Part shown: positions 9,149 through 18,093 of the stretch, one piece after another | Numbering within the stretch: position 1 is the first letter of the stretch | How the letters are laid out: each line of letters starts with the position of its first letter | The notes under the pieces: model-generated | What the model was told of the DNA's origin: nothing | The model's database searches: none | The model's input: only the letters and a program-made list of their open reading frames with translations | Program-made: the position numbers and the translations under genes | Origin: a virus | Taxonomy: Duplodnaviria > Caudoviricetes | Reading direction: 5' to 3' (one strand) | Virus record (IMG/VR): IMGVR_UViG_3300025600_000014 | Span: 1 to 35,912 of that record | DNA: 35,912 bases

Positions 9149-10833
9149 GCATCATAGTTAAATACTCTACTGGCAGTACCTATACTGTTGTTGCGAACAA
9201 GGTGGACATCGAAAAGGTACAGGACCTGGACGGGCAGTTCCATGTACCCTATACCTCAATCGTAGGCATGATGCGGCTGGGACTGGGAGTCCAGAAGATC
9301 ACGGTATCAGGTGACGCTCTAGACATGTCGGCCTGTCTCTGGCATGATGTGGTTGCGATCTCGTTCGACAGCGGGACCTCATATCAGACGGTGTACTTTT
9401 CAGGCGTTCCCTACGCCTCAGATTGTTGGTCCGGTATCTATCCATACATCCTTTCGCTGCTTGCCTCTCCCTTACGCGAGGGCGCGGCGGTCCGTTACCC
9501 CACAACCGGCTACAAATGGGGTAATCAGTCCATCACCGGAATCAGTCAGGCCGGTAACGTCAACGCCTATCCGATTATCCACTACCTTGCCCCTTTGTTT
9601 TACGCTCCTTTGTCGAATACCCCGATAGACTTTGCCGGTCAAGCCGTCACCTTTACGCGTTCTGCCGCTAAAGACCATGCCGGTGTGACCTATCCTGCCA
9701 ATACTCCAATCTTCGATTCCGGCCTCTACCTTGGCAGCGATACCGCACAGGACGTGGCAACGTGGACACCGCCCGCTAGTACCCTGCGGACGGTAGCAAT
9801 GCAAATCAAGCAGACACGGCCCATAACGTTGACCAACCTTATTACGAACGGAGACTTTGAGACCAATACAACGGGATGGTATTGCCCCGATACAACGACA
9901 AGAACCACTGTTTCTCCGCTTGCTGGTACCGCGTCTGCTAAATCCGTAGCCGCTGGGAACGCTGGAACGATGGACTGGGCTGGCGCCACGTTAATTTCGG
10001 GTCACACCTATTATTTTTCGGGTCTGGCAAAAACAACCGCCGCCGCGGGACGCAAGATGAAAATATATGCAGCCGTGGGCGGCGCAGCCCAAAATGGGGC
10101 TTTGGTGGACTGTTCTGTGGCAGCCCATACAGTGCCTATGACCTTTGTTGCCGCAGCAACGAGTGGAGACCTAGTATTTCAGATGGATAGTAATGTTGCC
10201 GGTGAATACTTCCTTCTGGATTCCGTTGTTTTGTATGACTTGACTGCCGCGTTTGGTGGGAACAGTGTCTATATTTGGTCATCGGCAAACAACACACTAC
10301 GGCTTGATTTTGCCTACAACTGCCTCACGTGGACTGACGCGACTACGAATGTCAGCGTTGTTTTTCCCATCTATGTATGGTTGTTGGGCCAAGTATACGG
10401 ACAAATATTGGATGTAGTGGTGATAGAAGATACCTCTCATGCCGTCACCATAGCGGTGCATCCTGATGGCGGTTCGTGGACATCTGCAACTGGAACACTT
10501 GCAGCGCTTACGTGGCCGCAACTGACACTAGGGCCGTTGGAAGGCAGTCTAGCGAACCTCATCCAGTATCCATATGTGCTGACGAGTGCAGAATACCAGG
10601 CCCTAGTCTACTCCTCATTGTCGCTGCTCTACAATACCCTATACGTCGGCAACAGGTACGCGGGAGAAATCGTAAAAGGCTCGGACAAGCGACTTGTCAA
10701 TGCCAATGGCAGCGACATCTCGGCACTCCTAGGCGGTGTGGACATCCCGATTGGATCTAGTGCGGTAACCATTGTGCAGAGTCAAGGCTTGTCGGCTCGC
10801 TGGTATGTGGAACTGAAGAGGACAGACGTATGA
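9145..10833 (+). CDS. Distal tail-like protein with an inserted carbohydrate-binding module
   Basis: Follows the tape measure gene; NLITNGDFETNTTGW..GHTYYFSG..FLLDSVVLYD is CBM_4_9-like. Confidence 0.6.
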   Translation: MSIIVKYSTGSTYTVVANKVDIEKVQDLDGQFHVPYTSIVGMMRLGLGVQKITVSGDALDMSACLWHDVVAISFDSGTSYQTVYFSGVPYASDCWSGIYPYILSLLASPLREGAAVRYPTTGYKWGNQSITGISQAGNVNAYPIIHYLAPLFYAPLSNTPIDFAGQAVTFTRSAAKDHAGVTYPANTPIFDSGLYLGSDTAQDVATWTPPASTLRTVAMQIKQTRPITLTNLITNGDFETNTTGWYCPDTTTRTTVSPLAGTASAKSVAAGNAGTMDWAGATLISGHTYYFSGLAKTTAAAGRKMKIYAAVGGAAQNGALVDCSVAAHTVPMTFVAAATSGDLVFQMDSNVAGEYFLLDSVVLYDLTAAFGGNSVYIWSSANNTLRLDFAYNCLTWTDATTNVSVVFPIYVWLLGQVYGQILDVVVIEDTSHAVTIAVHPDGGSWTSATGTLAALTWPQLTLGPLEGSLANLIQYPYVLTSAEYQALVYSSLSLLYNTLYVGNRYAGEIVKGSDKRLVNANGSDISALLGGVDIPIGSSAVTIVQSQGLSARWYVELKRTDV

Positions 10834-13076
10834 CCTTGACCCTCACGGCTTCGCAGAATAGAGAGCGTTGCACGGTCACGCTTACCGTGGCCTCTGCTGT
10901 CAGTCTGCCCTCTGCCCTTATCGTTGTGGACGGCAAGGCATACACTGGAATCTGGACATCTGGCTCCTACGTTTTCAGCTATGACCTTGCCCTCGAGCGC
11001 GGCCCGCACATCATCTACGCTCAGGCGACTGATTCAGTTGGAACGGTCTCAACAAGCCCTATCACGTATGTCATGGCCTACGAGCTATCTGAGTATGGGA
11101 TAGACGTGTATTCAGGCGACGCCAAGCTGGACGCCATTGAGCCGGTGCTGCATGATGAACTGTTCCCGGCTCTCCCTACGTTGAACTTTTCCTGTGCGGC
11201 ACTCCTGTCTGGCATCATCCAAGCCGTTATCCGAGAACGCGGCCTGAGACAATATCAGTTCGAGATTGCCACGGTCGCCATATCCGGCCCGTTCTATGTC
11301 TACACCTGCAAGGCAGCTGAGTCGTATGCCATGACCTCCGCAATCATGGCACTCCAAACGGCGTACGGCTCGACGGCAAACGCTATCTCGTTACTGGTTC
11401 CCTCGCTGAATATCGTGGGAGCGGACCTGCTGGCACAGACGACCTACCCGCAACTGTACGTGAACATCACGCCAACAGAGGTCATCAAGCAACTACTCAT
11501 CCAGTCATTGGCACAGGCATCGGTTCGCAACGGAAATTTGTACGTGTTCCCGCTGGATGTGAGCGGTCAGACACCTGACTACCACATGCAACGGTTGGAC
11601 AAGCTCACGGGCTGGCAGCGAGACGCAGATACCTTTGATGCGGTTATCGCTCATTACATCGTGAAGCAGTATCCGACACCCGACACTTTCATGACCCTTC
11701 ATGATGCTGCAAACTGGTATGGTACGGTGACAGACGTGACGCAGGTGGACCCGACATTGCTACGCCCGCCATCAGGTGCGTTGGGTATGTTGAAATCAGT
11801 AGGGGATTGCCACAGAGAAGGATTGAGCGCAGCATTCAAGTTGTTTGACCGGGTACGGTTCAATTGGTGCCCCCCCGATGTCGGCGCAACCGTCACCGTC
11901 TCGCTTCAACAGGACGCTTCAAACAAGCTGGAACTGACGCATACATTCGCCGGAGAGTCGGGCGCGGGCTTCATCCTCGAGGATGGCACAGCTACAACTG
12001 ATACCCTCACGAAAGATATCACACTATCTCCGGCTCAGCATGTCACAACCGTGGAAGGGACGACGACCGGCGCATGCTCCTATCGTGTTATCCTGTTAAA
12101 CGCCGCTGGTGCTCCTATTTGGCAAGACACTTCTGCTCCTACATTTGGGAATGTGTTCAAGGCAAATGTTCCAACATGGATATCGCAGTCCGACTACTAT
12201 CGAGCCACAACAGTGCGCATTGAGTTTACGAACCTGTACCCCATTGCTGCGAACTACGGCGTCCAAGTCATTACCTGCGACATCACCGTGCAGACATACA
12301 ACAACGTCGGGTCGCATGTGAATATGGTGTCCACTGTAAACTCCAACGTTTCCATAACCTGGAGTTCGATGTTTGGGTGTTATCGGGGCGTTTATCCCCT
12401 TCGGGGGTCAACGGGTGGACAATGGTATCAGGTCAATTCTCCTTATTATCTTACTCTGACCATGCTTCCGGATGGGTATATCCTGGATGATTACAACCAC
12501 AACTTTGGAGCAGCTGACGCTGGACCCCAACTTATATCCGTGACCGTATCCATTCTTGAAACCGTCCAGGACTACGCATGGATCTCCGCACCCTTCATTT
12601 GGAGTCCTGCCTTCAACTTGTTTGAGTCTGTCACTCTCGCGCTATCTGATTTCACTCGTACCGGTAACCCCACGAACCTCGCTACGATAGCACTCACGTG
12701 GACGGGCGACAACTACCTGGACACGCTTGTGTTGGTAGCCGATAACCCACTGCCGGTCACTGTGCGAGCTGGAACGGGGCAGCGGGCCTATACAGTAACT
12801 GATGACTTCGGCAGCGAGGCTGGAGCGCAAGCATACGCAGATGGACTTTTGCCTGTCGTGTCTGTGGCCAGAGAACAGTATACCCGGGACGTGCCGCTGT
12901 CGACCGACCTTGGTGTAGGGGATACCATCAGTGGTGATGGCGTACCCATGACGGTCTATGCAATCGACTACCGGCAGAGCGGCAAGACGCTAGCAGCGGG
13001 AAGGGCCATGGATGTTCTCATGACAAGACTGGCAGAGCAAGCGAGACGCATCGGCGCTCTCGAAAGGAAGGCATGA
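10830..13076 (+). CDS. Tail tip/hub-like protein
   Basis: Position, beta-rich sequence, C-terminal DLGVGDTI..V..I and a terminal coiled coil ARRIGALER. Confidence 0.55.
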   Translation: MTLTLTASQNRERCTVTLTVASAVSLPSALIVVDGKAYTGIWTSGSYVFSYDLALERGPHIIYAQATDSVGTVSTSPITYVMAYELSEYGIDVYSGDAKLDAIEPVLHDELFPALPTLNFSCAALLSGIIQAVIRERGLRQYQFEIATVAISGPFYVYTCKAAESYAMTSAIMALQTAYGSTANAISLLVPSLNIVGADLLAQTTYPQLYVNITPTEVIKQLLIQSLAQASVRNGNLYVFPLDVSGQTPDYHMQRLDKLTGWQRDADTFDAVIAHYIVKQYPTPDTFMTLHDAANWYGTVTDVTQVDPTLLRPPSGALGMLKSVGDCHREGLSAAFKLFDRVRFNWCPPDVGATVTVSLQQDASNKLELTHTFAGESGAGFILEDGTATTDTLTKDITLSPAQHVTTVEGTTTGACSYRVILLNAAGAPIWQDTSAPTFGNVFKANVPTWISQSDYYRATTVRIEFTNLYPIAANYGVQVITCDITVQTYNNVGSHVNMVSTVNSNVSITWSSMFGCYRGVYPLRGSTGGQWYQVNSPYYLTLTMLPDGYILDDYNHNFGAADAGPQLISVTVSILETVQDYAWISAPFIWSPAFNLFESVTLALSDFTRTGNPTNLATIALTWTGDNYLDTLVLVADNPLPVTVRAGTGQRAYTVTDDFGSEAGAQAYADGLLPVVSVAREQYTRDVPLSTDLGVGDTISGDGVPMTVYAIDYRQSGKTLAAGRAMDVLMTRLAEQARRIGALERKA

Positions 13077-13666
13077 TGAGACTAGGAACCCATCCCTCTC
13101 CTGAGGCGCGAGCAAAGATGTCTGCGGCTTGGATTGGACGTGTTGTATCTCTTGAAACTAGAGCAAAGATGTCCGCATTGCATAAAGGACAGAAGGCTTG
13201 GAACAAGGGAATTTCACCGTCAGATGAGACTCGAGCAAAAATCTCTGCTGCGGGAATGGGGCGTATTCCATCCCCTGAAACAAGAGCAAAACAGGCTTTA
13301 GCAGAAAAGGGGAAGACGGTATCACCTGAGACGTGCGCAAGGTTGTCTGCTGCGCTTATTGGAAAACCAGCATGGAATAAGGGTGTTTCCCCGTCAGATG
13401 AAACTCGGGTGAAAATTGGTATAGGACATTGGAAGGGCGGACCAAGGGTATCTATGCGTAAACGTCGTTCCAAGCGCCGCCTACTTGGTTTTAATCCATT
13501 GAACTCTTGGTTTATGGATTGTGAGGCTCACCACATCAACCAGAATGATGTGATTCACATACCGAGGAAGTTGCATCGCAGTATCTACCACGACCAATAC
13601 ACCGGACGGGGCATGGCACAGATGAACGCACTAGCAGGACAGTACCTGATGGAAAACTGGACATAG
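13073..13666 (+). CDS. NUMOD3-repeat HNH-like endonuclease (type A, ~6 repeats)
   Basis: SxETRAK repeats; KRRLLGFNPLN..CEAHH..IHIPRKLHRSIYHDQYTG. Confidence 0.85.
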   Translation: MMRLGTHPSPEARAKMSAAWIGRVVSLETRAKMSALHKGQKAWNKGISPSDETRAKISAAGMGRIPSPETRAKQALAEKGKTVSPETCARLSAALIGKPAWNKGVSPSDETRVKIGIGHWKGGPRVSMRKRRSKRRLLGFNPLNSWFMDCEAHHINQNDVIHIPRKLHRSIYHDQYTGRGMAQMNALAGQYLMENWT

Positions 13667-13676
13667 GGGGCTTGCA

Positions 13677-14039
13677 ATGTACATACGGGCGCATATGAAC
13701 TCATACCTAGACAAGACAGTCGGGAAGTTAGACACCATTGCCGCAGAACTATTGAGGGTGTGGAAGGTGACCGGTACAGATGAGGCAATCGAGGCGTTCA
13801 GATCTGCGGTCGGCGGGGTCGTGATTCCCAATGAGGATATTGTCGGTGTGCTGGATGCGGCTGTCGTGGCGAAGCAGGTCAAAGAGAAGACGGTACAGGT
13901 GGCAGAGTTACAAGCAAGTTTGGACGTGGCAACGGTAGAACTGGAAGATATGCAGAAAATGGTGACAGCGCCCGTTACTGAGAAATTGGCTAAGGCAACG
14001 ATCGACAAAGCATTACCCATAGGAGGGTATGATGAGTGA
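13677..14039 (+). CDS. Hypothetical protein (coiled coil)
   Basis: SD-like AGGGGG; overlaps the next gene. Confidence 0.6.
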   Translation: MYIRAHMNSYLDKTVGKLDTIAAELLRVWKVTGTDEAIEAFRSAVGGVVIPNEDIVGVLDAAVVAKQVKEKTVQVAELQASLDVATVELEDMQKMVTAPVTEKLAKATIDKALPIGGYDE

Positions 14040-14658
14040 CGTACAAGACGAAACATTTGCGGCGTGGACAGTGGACACCTTACGAGTGTTTCTATTGGCC
14101 AAAATAGCCGACCAGCGCGAAATGCTCCAAGAACGATATCAACAGCAAACGAAGGCCGTTGATGCCGCTTTTTCTTCTCAGCAAACCGCCATGCAAACGG
14201 CGAAGACTGAACAGACCACTGCCATGAATACCGCTCTGGATGCGCAAAAAGACGCTATCAATGCGGCCATGGCGGCAAGTGATAAGGCCACCGCCAAAGC
14301 TGAGACTGCGGCAGATAAACGGTTTGAAGAGAGCAACGGATACCGGCAACAGTTGCAGAATCAGGCTGCGACATTTGCAACCAAGGACGATATGGATGTT
14401 CGGATGAAGGCTTTCTCCGATAAACTCGATTATGAGGCACAACATCTTGAGGACATGGGGAGCGCACGAGACAGGAATATCAGTTCCCTCGAATTGCGTC
14501 TGACGAGTCGACTGGATTTGTCCAAAGGACAGGAGACAGGAACGGATGAGTCGCGCACCAACAAGCGACAGGACACGTCACTTATGGTCTCCCTTGGTAG
14601 TTTTTTGTTAGTCTTAGTCTCTGTTGCAATAGCCGTTATTACCGCGCTATCGAAGTAA
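14029..14658 (+). CDS. Coiled-coil protein with a C-terminal transmembrane helix (lysis module)
   Basis: SD GGAGGG; C-terminal LMVSLGSFLLVLVSVAIAVITAL. Confidence 0.65.
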   Translation: MMSDVQDETFAAWTVDTLRVFLLAKIADQREMLQERYQQQTKAVDAAFSSQQTAMQTAKTEQTTAMNTALDAQKDAINAAMAASDKATAKAETAADKRFEESNGYRQQLQNQAATFATKDDMDVRMKAFSDKLDYEAQHLEDMGSARDRNISSLELRLTSRLDLSKGQETGTDESRTNKRQDTSLMVSLGSFLLVLVSVAIAVITALSK

Positions 14659-14673
14659 TAGGAGCGTGATGAT

Positions 14674-15270
14674 ATGACCCTTGATGAGAAGGCAAGAGAT
14701 TTTAAGAAGTTGCACCCAACTCACAATGGCGGGCCGTGGGATGGGTGGTGCGCCGCACTCATGGCTCGCATGTGTATCGCTTACGGGGATGGCCCCATTC
14801 CCATTCCCGCTTCTGCGAAGATTGCGGCTGGTTTGGCAGGAAAGTTGAATCCCGATGCTTCCAAAGCTCCCATCGGCGCACTCCACTACTGGAAATACGG
14901 CGTCGACGGACATGTTGGTCTCGATACCAAGGGCGGCGGAACATCTGTGTTCATGGCAAGCTCCTATCTCAAAGAATCACTTGGCAACGGACTTGGATTC
15001 CAAAGCGTCACGGGATACACGCGCAATGGAGCATTCCCCTATCTCGGATGGTCGATGCTATATGCGAAGAACGGTAAGATAACTCAGGAGACAGTAGTGA
15101 CAAAACCAACAGCGCCACCAGTCGTTGTAACGTCAACAAGAAGCATTGCGGAGCAGAAGCTTATTGAGCTGAAAATCATTGACCCAGGTCACGACTCCGA
15201 TGGTGTCGTGTCGTGGAACACCCTGGAGTGGTCACTCTATCGTCTGCTACAAGCACTTGGAAAGGCATAG
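14674..15270 (+). CDS. Endolysin, CHAP/NlpC-P60-like Cys-His peptidase
   Basis: GWCAALMAR (Cys), APIGALHYW..GHVGL (His), YLGWS; lies next to the holin. Confidence 0.7.
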   Translation: MTLDEKARDFKKLHPTHNGGPWDGWCAALMARMCIAYGDGPIPIPASAKIAAGLAGKLNPDASKAPIGALHYWKYGVDGHVGLDTKGGGTSVFMASSYLKESLGNGLGFQSVTGYTRNGAFPYLGWSMLYAKNGKITQETVVTKPTAPPVVVTSTRSIAEQKLIELKIIDPGHDSDGVVSWNTLEWSLYRLLQALGKA

Positions 15271-15279
15271 GAGGCAAAC

Positions 15280-15669
15280 ATGGTACCTATCGATTGGAAC
15301 CCCGTTATCCTTGCAATCGTCGCTCTTATCAGCACGGTCATCGTCACGCTGGCTCCCGTGATGGTTACGGCATATATCAACGCACACACGGCAAAGCTCA
15401 TACAGGTGAAAACATTGGCCGACAATAACCAAGACATCGCTAATGGAATTGTGGCGATTGTCCAGAATGCGTATAAGACCTTCACGAACAGCGAGAAGTT
15501 CCAAGCTGCCTTTGAGAAATTGGACGCGCGGCTTCACCTTCCGGCTGGCGAAACACAGCAGTTGATTGAGCAGGCCGTTTCAGTGATGACGCTCACGTGG
15601 GGTGACGCCTGGGAAAAGCTTGGTGAAACGACTCCGACCGAGATTCCTGTGGTTCCTCCTGCGGTATGA
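15280..15669 (+). CDS. Holin (LL-H-like)
   Basis: N-terminal TM helix, then EKFQAAFEKL and QQLIEQAV. Confidence 0.7.
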   Translation: MVPIDWNPVILAIVALISTVIVTLAPVMVTAYINAHTAKLIQVKTLADNNQDIANGIVAIVQNAYKTFTNSEKFQAAFEKLDARLHLPAGETQQLIEQAVSVMTLTWGDAWEKLGETTPTEIPVVPPAV

Positions 15670-15860
15670 CAGAATTGACAAACGGTGATCTTCTCCTGGA
15701 CAACGGCATTGTCATTCCGGCAGCCAAGCGTACCAGGACTGAGGTTTACAGCCGCGTTGTTGGCTATCTGAGGCCTGTTTCCCAGTGGAACAAGGGGAAG
15801 AAGGCTGAATGGGCGGACAGGGTTCCTTTCGCGGTTTCTCCTGCTGTCTTGCACGGCTAG
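15666..15860 (+). CDS. Stand-alone class III RNR (NrdD) C-terminal glycyl-radical domain protein, copy 1
   Basis: EVYSRVVGYLRPVSQWNKGKKAEWADR matches the NrdD RxxGY..N.GK..E...R end; ATGA-coupled to the holin. Confidence 0.85.
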   Translation: MTELTNGDLLLDNGIVIPAAKRTRTEVYSRVVGYLRPVSQWNKGKKAEWADRVPFAVSPAVLHG

Positions 15861-15877
15861 AAAGAGTATTATACTAT
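15849..15877 (+). promoter_or_regulatory. Sigma70-like promoter
   Basis: TTGCAC-17 bp-TACTAT, with an overlapping TATACT. Confidence 0.5.
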
Positions 15878-15878
15878 T

Positions 15879-15967
15879 GGTGGTAGCTAGGATAGGTTCA
15901 TGACCCTCCGAAGCCGGTCTTATCCCCGGTGCTACCGCTTTGTCAAATGGGATGAGAAAGGATAGGT
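15879..15967 (+). ncRNA. Three-way-junction/pseudoknot leader RNA, copy 1
   Basis: P1 GGTGGTAGC/GCTACCGCT, P2, GAA, P3 GCCGG/CCGGT; loop TCTTATCC is complementary to GGATGAGA and GGATAGG downstream. Confidence 0.65.
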
Positions 15968-15976
15968 GAAAGACAA

Positions 15977-16414
15977 ATGGGATATGGACACTCTCAGTCA
16001 GAAGAAACCAGAGCAAAAATATCTGCCGCCAGAAAAGGAATTCCGATAACAGACAAACAGCGATTAGCGCGCATGGGTCATTACGTATCCCCAGAAGCTT
16101 GTGCAAAAATGTCTGTGGCGCAAATGGGCCATTTCGTATCTCCCGAAATGCGTATGAAAATTTCCGTGGCCGTGTGGAGGGGCGGGACACAAGTATGGAC
16201 GCGCAAATCCAAGGCCAAACGTCGCATGTTGGGTTTTGTTCCCATGAATCAACCGTTTGATGGTTGCGAAGCACATCACATCAATCAGAGCGACATCATC
16301 TATATCCCGAGCGAATTGCACCGCAGTATTAGTCATAACCAGTGGACTGGTCGCGGGATGGAACAGATCAATGCTCTTGCTACGGCTTGGCTTACTAGCG
16401 AATTAACTCAATAA
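15977..16414 (+). CDS. NUMOD3-repeat HNH-like endonuclease (type A, ~4 repeats)
   Basis: KRRMLGFVPMN..CEAHH..IYIPSELHRSISHNQWTG. Confidence 0.85.
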   Translation: MGYGHSQSEETRAKISAARKGIPITDKQRLARMGHYVSPEACAKMSVAQMGHFVSPEMRMKISVAVWRGGTQVWTRKSKAKRRMLGFVPMNQPFDGCEAHHINQSDIIYIPSELHRSISHNQWTGRGMEQINALATAWLTSELTQ

Positions 16415-16418
16415 AGTT

Positions 16419-16595
16419 GACCCGGAAGATTCAGCGCGGCAACGCCTTCCGGGTCGTGTGAACTTCTGCCTCTGCCACTTGGCAGAGACGCTGGAGGTGC
16501 AATTTGAGTACACGCACCAGCACGTCAGGGCGTAGCTCCTGGCGCGTCTTATCTTGTACCATACTTTCTGCATTTTTCACGTGCAATCGTTCACA
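16419..16595 (+). ncRNA. Candidate structured intergenic RNA
   Basis: GACCCGGAAG/CTTCCGGGTC, TGTGAAC/GTTCACA, CTCTGCC/GGCAGAG, AGACGC/GCGTCT and CGTCAGG/CCTGGCG. Confidence 0.45.
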
Positions 16596-16613
16596 TTTGA
16601 AAAAGGTTGGCGC

Positions 16614-16916
16614 GTGGTAATCATCACCGTGGAACGTGTACCGCGCAAGATGTTGGCGGTGTATGCAGATAAGGATGGCAATATCCCGCTCGGGGTAACA
16701 CTGACCCCCAGTAAGGACGATCGATTCAAGAAAATAGAGATCCTGGTTCAAGAGAAACTACCCCAGTACAAAGCTCGCCTTGTGCTTGCGCATGAGTTGT
16801 TCCATGCGTACCAATATCTGGCGGGGTGCGCGATGGAGGAGCAGGCCAATAACGAGATCGATGTGGTCATGGTCAAGGCCCTCGTCGACAAGAAGAAGCG
16901 CAAGGGGAAGCGTTGA
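16614..16916 (+). CDS. Small HExxH zinc-metallopeptidase-like protein (ImmA/IrrE-like)
   Basis: VLAHELFHAY followed by EEQAN; GTG start after AAAGG. Confidence 0.6.
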   Translation: MVIITVERVPRKMLAVYADKDGNIPLGVTLTPSKDDRFKKIEILVQEKLPQYKARLVLAHELFHAYQYLAGCAMEEQANNEIDVVMVKALVDKKKRKGKR

Positions 16917-17698
16917 GACTCATCGAAGCAAGCGACAAGCGCAAGGCCGTATACCTTCTGCCGCTTGGCGACGTCCATGCCGGTTCGGGCCAGACAGATT
17001 ACCAGAAATTCGAAGGGTATATCGATTGGGCAAAGCGCGAGAAGGCATACATTTTCCTCATGGGAGACATGTTCGACACAGTAGTCATGGGCGGCGTTTC
17101 CAGTCCATTTGACGCATCCATGAATCTCAGAGAGGCGAAAAAGTACATGAAAGACCGGCTCATGCCCGTAAAGCATCTTATCATCGGGGGTATCATAGGC
17201 AACCACGAAATGCGACTCATGCGCTATGCCAATGAAGATCTGATGGAAGACCTCTGTGATACGCTCGGGGTTCCCTACGCCAGGTTCTCTGCGGTTCTCC
17301 GATTGAACATCGGACGCAAAACGGGCGACGGCGGAAAGACCGATACAACGCGCGTCCACTATGTTGCCTATTGTCATCACACGACGGGCGGCGGCGGGAC
17401 ACCCGGGGGCAGATTGAACCGGGTCTATAAGCTCTCAGACATTTTCGAAGGGGCCGACGTGCTCATCGGTGCTCATAATCACATGCAGGCGGGTGTGCCA
17501 GTTGATAAGTACCGGCTCCATGTATCTGCATCGGGAAAGGCAACCCTCAGTGCAGATAAGCAGTTCCTCGTTGACTCGGGTTCTTTTGTCAAATGGAATG
17601 AGTCGTATGCAGAAGAGAAAATGCTTGCCCCTTCCCATTGCGGCTGTCCACGAATTCGACTGGATGGTGCGCGTAAGGACGTCCACGTCTCGGAATAG
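16913..17698 (+). CDS. Calcineurin-like metallophosphoesterase
   Basis: LGDVH, MGD..D, GNHE, HH and AHNH motifs. Confidence 0.9.
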   Translation: MRLIEASDKRKAVYLLPLGDVHAGSGQTDYQKFEGYIDWAKREKAYIFLMGDMFDTVVMGGVSSPFDASMNLREAKKYMKDRLMPVKHLIIGGIIGNHEMRLMRYANEDLMEDLCDTLGVPYARFSAVLRLNIGRKTGDGGKTDTTRVHYVAYCHHTTGGGGTPGGRLNRVYKLSDIFEGADVLIGAHNHMQAGVPVDKYRLHVSASGKATLSADKQFLVDSGSFVKWNESYAEEKMLAPSHCGCPRIRLDGARKDVHVSE

Positions 17699-17700
17699 TA

Positions 17701-18093
17701 TCGTGACGCAGTAGTCCACGGTTGCAACCTATGGGACATCCGTGGCAGGCCAGCGAGCCAGCACTAATAGTGCCTGCGTTCTCAGATGGCGACAGTCTGA
17801 GATTAAATGGTTACGGGCCAGCCAGGATTAAGGCAACAGCCCCCGCCAGGACTGACCTCTCGCGCTTATCTTCCAAAAACTAGGATCGGGCGCACCAAAT
17901 CAGGCGGGATGAACGGCCCGAAATGCTGGGGTTCAAGTTCCCCGCTAAGCGTGATGTTTGAGTTGTAAGCAATTTCTTTACAACTGGTTCCCGCCGTTCA
18001 CCATATTGCCTTAGCGGGCCAAGCTGAAGATGCCGCGCGATAGGGCGTTCGGCCAGTCGTACCCCCAGCCTGTTCGGTGACTGGGGGTCTTTT
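17701..18093 (+). ncRNA. Candidate large structured ncRNA
   Basis: No credible ORF; more than ten short helices including long-range ones; ends in a terminator. Confidence 0.55.
18061..18093 (+). terminator. Intrinsic terminator ending the late transcription unit
   Basis: ACCCCCAG...CTGGGGGT followed by CTTTT. Confidence 0.75.

Noticed and set aside
17925-17945. tRNA gene suggested by GGGGTTCAAGTTCCCC
   Set aside because: No matching acceptor, D or anticodon arms; treated as a T-loop-like part of the larger RNA
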